Positions 13,888-26,648 of a stretch of 64,000 bases of DNA are shown piece after piece (the stretch's first letter is position 1; each line of letters begins with the position of its first letter). The stretch lies in contig NC_045697.1 of the NCBI RefSeq assembly GCF_009834535.1, forward strand, positions 29,452,001-29,516,000, written 5' to 3'. A model generated the notes under the pieces. It saw only the letters and a program-made list of their open reading frames with translations. It had not been told where the DNA came from and searched no databases. A program made the translations under genes and the position numbers. This stretch comes from Camelus ferus. Its lineage: Eukaryota.

Positions 13888-14540
13888 CAGCTGATCCTCA
13901 TTATTTGCAGATTCCGTATCTGCACATTTACCTACTCACCAAAATTTATCTGCAACCTGCAGATGAATACACGTGGCGCTTCTCTGCTCACTCACAGGCA
14001 TGCAAAGAGTGGCAAAAAAACCTAAGCCGCGTGACGTGCACGTCCCAGCTGAGGCTGCACAGCCCACACAACCTCTCTTGCTGCAAACAAGTGTCCTTCC
14101 CATCGTCTATTTAGCATCTCTCATTTTGGATCTTTGTACTTTCTCTTGGTGATTTTGCTGTTTAAAATGGCCCAGGGGGTAGTGCTGAAGTGCTTACTGT
14201 CTCATGTTCCCAAGCACAAGAAGGCTGTGATGTGCTTCACGGGGAAAATCTGTGTGTTAGATAAGCTCTGTCCAGGTGTGAGCCACTGTGCTGCTGGCTG
14301 TGAGCACAAGGTTAATGAATCATACATATTAATCAATATCTATCAAATGAGGTGTCTTTAAACACAAACACACATAAAATAAGGTTATGTATCGACAGGC
14401 TGACGGAAATGTGACCAGAGGCTGGCAGGAACCTAACCCTGAATGTTCGCTAGGAATGCTGTATTTCAGTATTTGCTAATTCAATGTTGGCAGTGCTTTT
14501 AAAGAACTTTATAGACCCACTATCGTAGCAGGAATCAATT
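13888..14540 (+). mobile_element. MER82-like Tigger (TcMar) non-autonomous DNA transposon, near full length
   Basis: cagctgatcctcattatttgcagattccgtat start; internal decayed CENP-B-type HTH remnant (PKHKKAVMCFTGKICVLDKL...VNES); end resembles the MER82 terminus. Confidence 0.85.
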
Positions 14541-15713
14541 ATACCTGCCCTCCCTCCTAGAGCAAGGATGGAGGGGCGCAGGACTTGGTCACTCTAAGCT
14601 TTCTGGATCCTGGTATCATCAGGTGTAGGTGGGACCAGGAACCACGAAGCCCTGGGTTCTTGTCACTGGCCCCCAGGCAAACCCCTCCTCCCCCAGGCAT
14701 GGGCTTACCTTGGGCTTGTCTCCTCATCTCCCTAGTTCCCTCCCTCACATCTTACTCAATGTCACCTTCTCGAAAGGCCTTCCAAGACTGTTTAAACCTG
14801 TATTCCTTCTGGGCGCTGCCTAGCTCTCTTCCCTACTTAATTTTTCTCCATAGCAAATATTTTCACCTGATGTACATGTATTCCACTTCTGTGTTTTGCT
14901 GTGCTCCCTCTCGTCACACTGGAACACAGATTACATGAAGGCAGGTGCCTGGTCTGCAGTCACCTCCACCCCTGAGCACAGAATCTGAGAGCTGTGAGGG
15001 CTGAACGAGCTCACACAAGTGGAGCAGGCTTTGAACCTATTTGGTGCCTGGTAAAAGCTACTACCGTTACCATCACTGGGACTGACAGGAGTTCCTACTG
15101 CTGGCTTATCAGAAAGGTTTTATTGTACTGCTCACCACGAAACAAAAACCCCTGCAACTTAAGTGTCTGAGATGATGCAGTGAACTCAAAAAGTGCGAAG
15201 ACCTACGAAGACCTCCGAAGACCTCAACTGACAGCACGGCTGCTGACTGAGCAGCCCTGAGGGAGCACTCACGATCTCGCTCTGAAGATGGCTCCTAGAA
15301 GTCTGCACGGCACACACAGGACACAGGACCCAGGGCACAAGGGCTCCGAGGACCTAGAACCCGAGCGCCTCACTCCACAGACGAGTGAACCCGAGTCCCG
15401 AGCCGCTGCTCAGAGCCGCTGCCGCCAAGAATGAGCACCTACCCTGCAGGGGGAGGAGCGGGAGCGGAAGGCTGTCCTGAAGGGGTTCCCTTAGCCACCG
15501 CCACTTACTGACATGGTCCCCAACCAACTGGACTCGCTGTGTAACACAAAAAGGAAGTGAGTATGAACAGACGCTCTTCCAAGATGTTTATGGCAATTCA
15601 AGAAGAAAATGTTACGTAGTTGTTTTAAAGAATTGGCTTTAAATTAGATACACTGAATTCACAGGGTGGGAATGTATGCACACAGAACTGAGATATTATA
15701 AAGGAGGACTTTT

Positions 15714-15870
15714 CACAGGGAATATATACACAAGATATTATGGTAGCTCACAGAGAAAAAAATGTGATAATGAATATGTATGTGTTCATGTATAACTGAA
15801 AAATTGTGCTCTACACTGGAATTTGACACAACATTGTAAAATGATTATAAATCAATAAAAAAGGTTAAAA
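15714..15870 (+). mobile_element. Young 5'-truncated L1 3' end with perfect 14-bp TSD
   Basis: cacagggaatatatacacaagatatt...acaacattgtaaaatgattataaatcaataaaaaa flanked by aaaggaggactttt at 15700-15713 and 15871-15884. Confidence 0.85.
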
Positions 15871-15904
15871 AAAGGAGGACTTTTTAAATAGTATCATTCT
15901 TTTA

Positions 15905-16048
15905 AAAATGTATTTATTATTATTTTTTTTAATTTTGGGGGGAGGTAATTAGGTTATTTATTTACTTAAATGGAGGTGCTGGGGACTGAACCCAAGGACC
16001 CTGTGTATGCTAAGCACACACTATACCACTGAGCTATACCTTCCCCCC
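15905..16048 (-). mobile_element. tRNA-derived SINE (Vic-1-like)
   Basis: Minus strand reads ggggaaggtatagctcagtggtatagtgtgtgcttagcatacacagggtccttgggttcagtcccc...aacctaattacctcccc, followed by an A-rich tail. Confidence 0.88.
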
Positions 16049-19000
16049 AGGAGGACATTTTCAGGAGACTAGAATAAAGGCTAAAAACCTGCTCCCAGAG
16101 ATGACAACATGTCTGAGGATTAGACGTATTTGGCTCCACCTGAAGACAAACAGATTGAAGAGCCTCTGTGTGACCCCTCGTCACAGACAGATGACACACC
16201 TGTGTCTCAAACGTACTCAGGTTTTACCCTGTGTGTGCACACAAGGGAACACGGAGCCCAGGAGCTCTGTTACCTGGAAACTACTCTAAGATCAACCCCG
16301 GTGATCACACAAAAGAACCATGGAGAAGGAGGGGCCCAGAGAACGCTGCAAGGCCAGGGGTTCCCAGAATTCCACGAGGAGAAGCGACTGCAGATCAGAT
16401 CCTGTCACAGAGCCTTGAGATGGTAGGAAGGAAGGAAGGAAGGAAGCAGTCAGTGGAGGCAAGCTTTGCGGGAGGCCTGACTCGAAGACAGGGGTGGAGA
16501 GGAGTTCGTGCTGGGAGGAGGCAGGGGAGGGAGGGAGGGAGAACTCTGCATTATTTAGGGTACACAGCCTGGCTCCTGCAGGCAGGCTTCCCGGCAGAAG
16601 CCAGAGCAGTGCTGCTCATTACTGCTGCTTGCAGGACAACAGCAACTCTGCCCCTGAAAGGACCTGGGATGGGGTCTATCTATTTGGGCCAGAGACTGCT
16701 GGTCCAAGGGCAAGGAGAAGCCACATTTCCAAACTTATCTCCCCTCTTCCTGGACTCCTGCTGGAGAAACTCAGCCTCTCATCTCTTTCATGCTCTGCTA
16801 TTCTTTGAATTAATGCCGCTTTCCCCATTAGCTTCTGAGACTTGCTTTCAGAGCTGAACTCAAAGCTCTGCTTGTCGCCTTTGCTTGACTGATGCAGCCC
16901 ATCGGGAGGGCAGTGACCTGCCCAGGGTCTCCCGGCCCGTGAGCGGCAGGTACAGGCGAGCCATGGGGTCTCCTGACTCTCAACACCGTACCCCTTCCAC
17001 TACCCCTTGCGACCTCCCCCAGTAGCCACTGGAGGCCACAGACCCCTCATGTGTGCTTCTTCCTCCTCCTCCCACATTTGCCTGAGTAACTGCCACTTAC
17101 ATCATCAGCACTTAGCACCTGTTAGTTCGCTTTTCCTCTAATGAGAAGACGCAAGGTATCCTGAGAAAAATCACCAAAACTAACCAAAGCGATATGAATC
17201 CTGTGATTTATAAAGAAAGACAGAGAACGTCTCGATTAATTTTCGCAGAGAACAATAAGATTATTGTGAAGTATTCGAATAAATGTGGGGAAAATGCAGC
17301 CCGAAGTTGTCCTTCTACACAGAGTATCAAGCAAGAGGCGGGGGCTCTGGAACGGCAAGGAGAAACGGAAAGTGCTGACGGTGAACTTCTTAAGGAAAAA
17401 AGATGTTAAAACAAGGGGGCTGTGGGCTCTTTACCCCTGGGGCAAAGCTTAAAAATCTGGATGATGAGTTAATTGTCCCCAGGGACCTTCCTCTTTCAAC
17501 AGAGATGACCAGACTAGAGGCACGAAGTTTATTCTGTATCTAGGTTCCGATTCTGCACGCAAAATGCAACCTCTGGGACACTTATTCCATGACAATATAG
17601 GAGACCCTCAACCATCCCGTTTTTCAAACTGCTTTGGGAAGAGGCTTTACATCTTGAAGAAGAAGATGGCAGTCCTATTTAAGTACATAAAAGAGGACAC
17701 AAAATAAAATGTATTTTTCTGTCTCGAGAATATCTTCACTTATTAACAAGGTGGCGTGCCCCAGGGCTGGCGAAACCACATTGCCTTAACTCTACACAGC
17801 TTCCCCTGGTGGGAACGGGGCCAGCACCACCTCGCACATCACCGTCCCGCTAGCATACAGTTAGCGCGGGCACATGCTCACCTCAGCAGACTTAAATCTT
17901 CCAGAGGGGTCTGCAAAGATTTCTCAGCTTCCTGTGTCAAATTCCGCCCCTCACAACTCTTAACTTTTTAATAAGTTTTTTTAAAAAAAGAGTTTTGGTA
18001 AAATGTTTTATAGATGCTACATTATCAACAGCCTTATCTTGTGGACAGTAAGTATTTTAATGCTGTTAACAGCAGGAGGCCAGAATTTGTTGCAATCCCC
18101 CACTTTCGAGCAATCTTTGTAATCTTTAAAATCACTGCAAACACTGGGGAGAAGTGGCCAACCAAGGAAGGAGGAATCTCATTTCCTGTAAAAAGGGGGC
18201 AACTTCAATGCCAATAATATGCACACAGAACTTTGGAATAAGTTTTTTTTTTTTTTTTTTTTAAAGGCTAGTATAAAGCCCCTGGTGGCTGAAGCCCAAA
18301 TCTTTTTAGCCAGAACTCTGGGGCTGAGCCTGGCCTGGGCTTGTAGGCAAGCACTAGGAAGAGAAGGCTTGCTTTACTGAACTCAAGTGCTTCACTGCCA
18401 TTCCGGCCGGGCCGCCAAGGAATTCTGAACTGATGAAGGCTTAACATAAACGTGCCTTAACATACAGAAAAAGGGGAGAGTAATATGTTCTATGTGAAAT
18501 AAGAAATCTCTCTCACACACACACACACGCACACAAACATCGCAACCAGTCAAAAAAATCGTTTCACGGTTTTGTCTATAACATGAGGCCAAAAAACACT
18601 CAGCCGCATTGACACAGACCATCACTATCTCCTTTCCAAAAATTAGATTAAAACTCTTTCTTCATATCATCACTAATGCTTTCTGAAAATTAGATTAAAA
18701 CTCCTCATATAACTTATATAAGCTGGTATTATCTGCATTTTCATTAATCACCAGTGTGTTGCCAGACATTTCCCATTTTAATTTTTTTCTGAAGTCTAGG
18801 AAAAAAGCACTGCTGCTTAACTTGAGCTATGACACATTGTAATATGCCGCTGCTGAAATGATTCCCAGACTTACTGAATAGAGAGAAAGGGGGAGGGTGG
18901 ACGGCACCCCTGGGACAGGGCTGCACCCCACACCGCCTGCAGCGGGCTCGATCCACACAGCAGCAAAAACCGGTAACTCATCATGACTGATGGGACTCCT

Positions 19001-19339
19001 GAGAACGAATACATCAGAATGTTTTAAAGAAACTTTTGAAAGACCAAAATCAGGCGTTATGTTTAGTTAGGGCTGTACAGCAAAGCATTTCTATCTATCG
19101 CATCTTACTGTGTCCTCACAATAATACTGTGCGTTCCCCAGACCACACATTAACGCCATCCGTTTTACAGAAGAGAAAAGTGATGTTCAGAGCGGTTAAT
19201 AAAGTCACACAGCTCATCACCCACGGTACTGGGGCCAGAATCTAGCCTTTCCAGCTCCTACTTCATACCCTTTCCCCTTGGAACACGGCCCTGCCTTAGG
19301 GATGAAGACTCTGGCTTGTTTTTCCTCTATTGTCCACTA

Positions 19340-19392
<53 letters not shown>

Positions 19393-19401
19393 CACACGCA
19401 C
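19340..19401. repeat. (CA)n microsatellite
   Basis: Direct reading; about 20 uninterrupted units plus degenerate flanks. Confidence 0.97.
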
Positions 19402-20014
19402 GAAAAGCCGTATTTTATTTCCTCTCAATCTTTAACACAGTTGCATGTCTTCAGATGAGACAGCCCAGAGATTAAGCGCTTGGTCTCTGAACCCAGGCTG
19501 CCTGGGTTCAAATCTCAGCTCTGCCATTTATCAGCTGTGGAACTGTGGGCAGGTCACCTAAGTTTCAACTAAAAATGGGAGAAATAAGAGAACAAAGCTC
19601 ACAGGGCTTGTGGGAAAGCAGGACAGTGGTGGCAGCAGTGGGTGTCTGCCGATTGCCTTTTACAGAGGCGCCAATGAGCCTGAAAGACAGAAACAGAGCT
19701 TACCGACAAGGGCCCCAAGCAACCCTGCGGTGCCTGTGCCCCAAACTACGAAATGCTCAAGGGCTGTTAGCAATCATCATTGTGATTTTATTGTCAGAAC
19801 ACAGGCTTTAGAGTCTGCTTCATGCTCAAATTTCAGTTCCTCCATATAACAGGTTGGTGATTTTAGAAAAGAGACTTGGGTTCTTTGAATCTCAATTTCC
19901 TCATCTGTAAAATGGGAATGGTAACATCCCCTCCCTCGCAGGGTTGTTCTGAGAATCAGATGACCTGCTGCTGCAAGTAAAGCACCCAGCAGTGCCCGAC
20001 TGAGTCATTTTTGA

Positions 20015-20556
20015 AATTAGTTAATTAAAAAATTGAGATATAGTTGGTAAATAACATGGTGTAAGTCTAGGGTGTACAACGTTGCTGATTTGACACATTT
20101 ATCTACTGCAGTATGACCACCACCATAGCGTTCGTTAACACCTCTATCACACCACAAAATCATTTCTTTCTTGTGGTGGAACAATCAAGGTCTAGTCTCG
20201 GCAACTTTGACGTTCACAGCACAGCACTGTTGACCATAATCACTACACCATGCAGGTCTCCACGATGTGTTTACCTACTAGTTGCAGGTGTATACCCTTA
20301 ACATCTCCCAGTTTCCCCCATTCCCCGGCCCCTGGTAACCTCCATTCCTGAGTTGGGCTTTTTTAGATTCCACATATAAGAGAAATCATACGTTATTTGT
20401 CTTTGTCTGACTTATCTCATTTAGCATAACACCCTCAAGGTCCATCCATGTTGTCACAAAAGCCAAGATTTCTTTCTTGTGGCAGAGTCATATTCCTTTG
20501 TATATACATATCACATCTTCTTTATCCACCCACCTGTTGATGGACACTTAGATTGT
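20015..20556 (-). mobile_element. Old L1 (L1MA-type) 3' UTR fragment
   Basis: ttgagatatagttg...ttttagattccacatataagagaaatcat...tttgtctttgtctgacttatctcatttagcataa...gttgatggacacttagattg. Confidence 0.85.
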
Positions 20557-22129
20557 CAATTTAAATTATTTATGGGTTATCTAAAATGTCTCCTTCAACA
20601 GGAGGCAATTGAAATTCCACAGACAGCTGCAAGTTGTCTCCTCCTTCAATCCCAGTAACATGGTAACTGTCATTCTTAAGTGAGATCACCATTTTCTCTG
20701 CTGTATTATTTTCTTTTGCTCCCCTCCCCGGTCTGGTTGAATTTAAGCCATGTTGCACACATACGCAGGACGGATGGACAGATGACTTGGTTGCAGATGC
20801 TCGCTGAGAGCAGTCACTCCTCGTGTCAGTTTAGAGACTGAAAACGGGCAAGCCTGATGACTGAAATGTTTTCCTTGGAAGCAGCAGAGCCTGGAGCAGA
20901 GGAAGAACTCAGGCTCTGATCTTTGTGGCTTCACACTTTGATGAGATTTTACATAGGAGTCGTAGGAGTGAGGGGACAGTGTGGCTGACCTAAAATGGCT
21001 CAGGGTCTGAATTATGCTAACAGTCCCATGGGAAGAACCACCATTTCTCTATCAAGTTTAGTAACTGCAAATAAATAAGAAATATTCACAGGACTACCTC
21101 AATACTGCACCAGCATCAAGAGAAGGAGGACTGGTATGTGCTGGCCGTCCTCCAGGCTGCCTTGGAACGGCAGCTTCAGGACACCGGAGCCTCTTCCTGG
21201 AGGACCCAGCCCTGCCGGATGAAGGCAACGCTGCCGCTCCTGCCTAAGGCTCTTCAGATCTGGGACCATCTTCACTTATTAACAAGGTGGCGTGCCCCAG
21301 GGCTGGCGAAACCACACTGCCATGGCCTGGAATCCTCTGCCAGGATCCCAGGGGCAGGGTTCATGCACCTGCCACTCCCCTGCACTCTCAGGACAACCGT
21401 CTCCACCCCTACCGCTGGCCGCCACCCATCACCCCACCCGTCTCCTGCTGCCCTCCTTCGGGGGGAGAGGGAGGTCCGCCCCTCCTGAATCAGCCCTGCC
21501 AGGCATCGGCCCGCCACACGGTACAGCTGCCAACGGTCGGACAACAATGCAGCTCGTTTCAACAGCGCCTTTCAAAACCCGGGGGCTGGCCTGGCTGCCA
21601 ATTCCTCGACTGCTCATTCAGGCAAGCGTAGTGACCAGAAGTTAATAAAGGAAAGGGAGCCGTGGTCCTGCCAGCAACACAGCATCAGGCCGTGGCCATG
21701 TTGGCAAATAAAGGGAGGAAAACAGTTTTAGAAACACAAAAGCTGTCCTCTGGGCCGAGAGACAAAACGAGTATCGAAGGCCCACGGCTCGGTGTCCAAG
21801 AGGCAGTGAGTGTCGCTCTACTCAGTGGAAAACCATTCTGGACGAGGGTCGGGAGCCTGGCCTGAGTCCTTCTCGTCCCAGCCCAGCTGTGTGACTGCCT
21901 CTCTGCTCCCCCACCTCTCCTAAAGCTTGAATGAGATGGTCCTGAACTTCTCTTTGCGAATGTCAGCCTAAAAGCCATGTGTGAGAGGATGAACCTCATT
22001 CTGCCGGGACTTAGTCTGTCTGTCACTGGCTCTGTGCTTTGGTTTCTTGATTCAACTGTGTTGACAGTCATGCCCTTCACTCAGGACATTTTCGCTGAAT
22101 GACTGAAATGTGGGAATGACATCTGTCAC

Positions 22130-22697
22130 AGACTGTGTGCCCCAAAGATAGAAGCAATAAAGACCCCCCCGTCCTACAAGCTCTCTGCCGTGTGCCCTTG
22201 ACGCTCTCCCTCCAGCGGTGAAGTCCTGTCTCCACCCTGGGTCTGGGCAGTGACTGCGCGCATCAACACAACCGGTGGACGTGGTGTGGTGCCACCTCCA
22301 GGGACAGCCTTGTCGCACCTGGTGGCTTCAGCTTCCTGCTTCTTGGAAATCAGACACCATGTGAGAAGTACACCTGCCTACCTAGAGATCACCACTGTGA
22401 GAACCCCCAAGCTACACGGAGAGGCCCTGGAGGATGAGACGCCACGTGAAGACAGAGGCCAAGGAACACTGAGCCAGTGGGCACGTGAGTGAGGAAGCCA
22501 TCTTGGAAGTGGATCCTCCAGCCCTGCCTGCCCCCGGCTGCCCCCATGTGGACCATAAAGGAACTGCACCACTGAACCCTCCCCAGATTCCTCAACCCAC
22601 AACATTTATTTCATGAGCGAAATAAATGGCTGTTTTAAACTACCGAGTTTTGGCACAGTTTGTTACATGTGTACATAGGAATAGATAACAGAAACAA
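22130..22697 (+). mobile_element. MLT1 (MaLR, MLT1F/G-like) LTR
   Basis: gtgagtgaggaagccatcttggaagtggatcc...aaataaatggctgttttaaac...ttttgg...gtttgttac...aatagataacagaaaca. Confidence 0.7.
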
Positions 22698-23109
22698 TGT
22701 TATCTACAGTACTGGACAAATATGTATGGGCCTCATCTTAATAGATCTGTTCCTAAAAGCATTTGCTGAAAACGAACATAAAATTACATATAAAATTATT
22801 TTTTAATCTTCTGCACTTACATTTACATTTTGGGAGAGAATCACTAAATCCTGCTGCAGTGCAAGAATACTCAGTTTAGGGATTATATCCTTCTGGAAAA
22901 CCACATAAACCACCCCTCACTCCCAGCCAGGGAAGATGTCCCTGGCACAGCATCCATTCATGACAGGATAACTCAGCACTTCGAACAATGCATTGAATTC
23001 GCCTGTTTGTTGTCTGCCCCCTAAAGGCAGGGGACATAGCCATTCCTCCTGGTAACAGAATAGTCATATGGCCAACGCACAAAGTATGACAAGGATGGTT
23101 CTCTGCACT

Positions 23110-23312
23110 TGACATGTATCTTATGTATACATCAACTCCCTTAATGTTTACAGTAGCCATGTGGGGTAGGTACTATTATACCCACTCTACAGATGAGGAA
23201 ACTGAGGCACAGAGAGGCTAAGTTACTTGCCCAAGGTCACCCAGCTAAGTAAGTAGTAGAGACTGGCTTTGAACCAAGGCAGTCTGGGCCCAGAGTCCAC
23301 ACTCTTAGCCAT
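23110..23312. mobile_element. MIR SINE
   Basis: acagatgaggaaactgaggcacagagaggctaagttacttgcccaaggtcac...tttgaaccaaggcagtctgg. Confidence 0.88.
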
Positions 23313-25559
23313 TGAAACACATAGCTTCTCCTTTAACATTAAACAGTCAATAAACGTTTTTGTCTCAATTAATAAATCGACAACAGAAATCAAATCCAAA
23401 CTTCTCACACACATCAGTATTTCTGAAAGAAAAAAAAAAACCTGTGCCATGTGAAGAAAAATCAATTATAAGTACGACATGCAGACATAAAATCCCATAT
23501 AAATGCTAAGTAATGATAATGAATTTGCTACACAGACCAGAAATAAATCTGAATGAGAAAAGATACTTCCTACCCCTTCCTGTTTATTTATTAGTGTTAA
23601 TCTAGTCAGTAGCCACTAATATAATTACTTCGGGAAAATCTATGCTAATAGGAACCCAGGGAGGGCACAGATAAATAAATAAAGCTTACAGAAGAATGTT
23701 AGAATGTCAGATTCATTGACCATTCATTCCAGAAAGCTCCTCCACCAAACCTACTGACAACTGATTTGCATCATCCCCTCCCCTTTTCTCTCCACCTGGG
23801 GTCAGGTTACAACAGAAGATTAAGGAGACAAGCAAAGCTTTCACAAAAACAGTGCCTGGGAAGAAAATCCCGAAGCAGCTGAGAACTGATTGCAAGTGGC
23901 CATAACAGAACTGGGAGGTACTGTGTAGAAAGGCTGTGTCTCCTTTCCCGCAGAGCATGCATGGAAACGATGCCCTATTTATCAGGTTTCAAACTTTTTA
24001 CTGTTGCTGCTCAGCCTGCTATGTACAGACCAGCAGCATCAGCAGCTCCAGAGAGCTTAACAGAATTGCAGGACCTTGTCCAGCTCCAGAACAATGGAAT
24101 CTGAATTTCCCAACAAGGGCAGGAAAGTCCCAAAGCACTGGGAAGGACTGGACCACGTGAGTCTGGGGGATGGTGGAAAGCAAGGGGGAGTCTGTCCTCA
24201 AGCAGTGACTCTCCAGTCCCCTCACCCTGCCCACCTCCAGCATCTCTGTTCCCTCCACCCTAAGCCGCCCCCCACTCCCCCGGCAGCCAGTGACCATAAA
24301 GCACAGGGAAGTGATCGCTGGGAGGGGGTGGGCATGAACTATCTTACACTTTGAAGCCAAATACACCTAAGTTCGAGTCCCTGTTCCACCAGCTACTGGC
24401 TGGGCGATAAAATGAATTATTTAACCTGCTCAAAGCACCAATTTCTTATCTGTAATATGGCAGAAATAACCACAGTGCCTTGTTTTTGCAGGAAAACTGC
24501 ATGTAAGTGCCTGGCAGTGCAGGGCACAGGCAGAGTGTGTGTTTAGGAAAGGGAGCCAGCTCTCTCTCTCCAGCCCTGCCTCCAACTACTCTTTCTTTCC
24601 TTCTCCAGATTTGGAGGCAGATGAGACTGAACTATTTCATCTCCAGATGCCACAGATCAGGACTATTACTTTCATTTCAGATCTGAAAATTTCTCAGAAC
24701 CAGAAGTAACTTCTGAGATGACAGCACATTCATTTTACAGAGGAGGAAGCTGCAATCCAGAGAATTTAATGCTTTGGGACAATATAATCTTCCTTACCCC
24801 ATTCCTTTATGGTGGGTTTCAAAGAACAGTGTTCTAAAAGCAGTTCTAATTACTTCTCCTCACAAATATCCTCAAAATGATTTGTTATGCACTCAGAGAA
24901 GACAGGAGGATGGGGTGGGTGGTCAGTGATCCAGGAGATCCACGTTTGAATAACACCTCCACCACTAATTGTGTGGCCCTAGGAAAGCTGTATAGTCAGA
25001 TTTTTCTGAGAGTCACTTTTTCACCTGTAAAGGAGGCCTATTAGTCATCTTTAATGTCACCTCTAGCTATAAGCAATTCAATGATTCCAAATGAAATACC
25101 CATTTCTTTAAAGATGTAATTTTAATATTGTCCACAAGATGGCAGAATGCCTCCTTTACGGAAGTTGGAGCACAGTGACACAAAGGAAAGAACTCTTAGG
25201 AATTAGTACATATTTATCAAAGCATTATGTTTTCCGCAATTTAATTATAACTGGCTTTTATTGTAGTGTTTATCATTCAAATCAAGCATTTGGCCAGCAA
25301 TAAGCCACATGCCATGAGGAAAGGAAAGTTTTAAAGAGCTGAGTTAGGATGTTAAGAATGAGTGCAGAGGGCAGACTGCAAAATCCTAGGAATTTGGAAG
25401 TGCCCACCCGTGACAAGAAACTGCCTTCTTGACAAGTAAAGCACACATGGCAATGATCTACAAAAGGTTTGGATGTACATTTTAAAAACATTTTCACGTG
25501 GAAAAGTGACATAAAATAGACAAAGAGAAAAAAATTACTTAGAAAAATATTTTATTTTG

Positions 25560-25850
25560 AATTAAAAGATGCAGAGGGACTAAACACAATTGGGTGTCCT
25601 GAATTAGATCCTGGAACAGAAAAAGGACCTGGAAGAACAACTGGTAAAATCAGAACAAAGTGTTAACAGTTTCATAGCACTGTTAATTTTTCAGTTTTGA
25701 CAAAGGCACTGTGGTTATGTAAGACAGGACCCTGGGAGAAGCATAGTAAGAGTCTAACGGGTAACAGGTATACAGGAACTCTCTGTGCTATCTTTGCAAC
25801 TTTTCTGTAAATCTAACATTATTCCAAAATAAAATTTTTATTTTAAAAAT
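25560..25850 (+). mobile_element. Old L1 (L1MC/ME-type) 3' fragment
   Basis: gatcctggaacagaaaaaggac...tatacaggaactctctgtgctatctttgcaacttttctgtaaatctaa. Confidence 0.75.
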
Positions 25851-26404
25851 GCATAGGAAAATAAAGAGGAAGAAACCAGCCCAGAAAGGATAGAAACACA
25901 GAGTTTCATAATAAACACAGGGTTTTGTAACTAACACACCAAATGTCCTGTCTTGATGATAATTTAAGAGGAGAATGTTTTAAAGTAGGAGGTAGTAGCT
26001 CACATGCAATAAAACTAAGGTGAATGAACAAGAATGAAAAAGCCTAGAGAGCAGTGGGCAGGGGACAAAGGTGTGCCCTAGGATATTACTGACGGAATTA
26101 TGTACAGCCGGAGCCCTTCTGGAAAGCAATTTTGCAATAAGTGACAGAAGCCATAAGCCGATAGCCCTTGACCTGGTAATTCCAGTTTTAGCAACCTGTA
26201 CCAAAGCAATAATTTAAAAGAAAAAAAAAGCCATCTACTTTTATGAAGTTGTAGCTCTGCTCTGCAGTACCAGAAATTGTTCCTATGGTCACTGGGTGTC
26301 TAGACAGATTATGGTGCTATTAATTAAGTGGACTACTATAATGGAATGAAGAATGGCAAATCTGAGCATTGTGGAAAGGAACACGTAAAACAACTTTTTA
26401 AAGA

Positions 26405-26648
26405 GTTCAGTATATGCAATGTAGTATCCTAGGTTGGGTTCTGGAACAGAAAAAGGACATCAGTGGAAAAATGTGAATGAAGCCTGTTTTAGTAGTTAAT
26501 AATATGGTATCAACACTAACTTCTTAATTTGGATATTTGTCCACGATTATGAAGACATTATAACTGAAAGATAGGTGAAGGGTATGTGGGAATTCAATCT
26601 TTGTGACTTTTCTATAAATCTATAATTATTTTAAAATAAAAAGTTAAA
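26405..26648 (+). mobile_element. Old L1 (L1MC/ME-type) 3' fragment, second copy
   Basis: atgcaatgtagtatcctagg..ctggaacagaaaaaggacatcagtggaaaa...ctttttctataaatctataattattttaaaataaa. Confidence 0.7.

Noticed and set aside
14134..14361. Transposase or CENP-B-like ORF
   Set aside because: Decayed remnant inside a non-autonomous MER82-like element; no DDE domain.
15230..15560. CpG island or internal promoter
   Set aside because: Only modest, short CpG enrichment with no core promoter elements I can support.
16231..16857. 208-aa plus-strand ORF
   Set aside because: GTG start, runs through a (GGAA)n purine tract, and has no recognisable domain.
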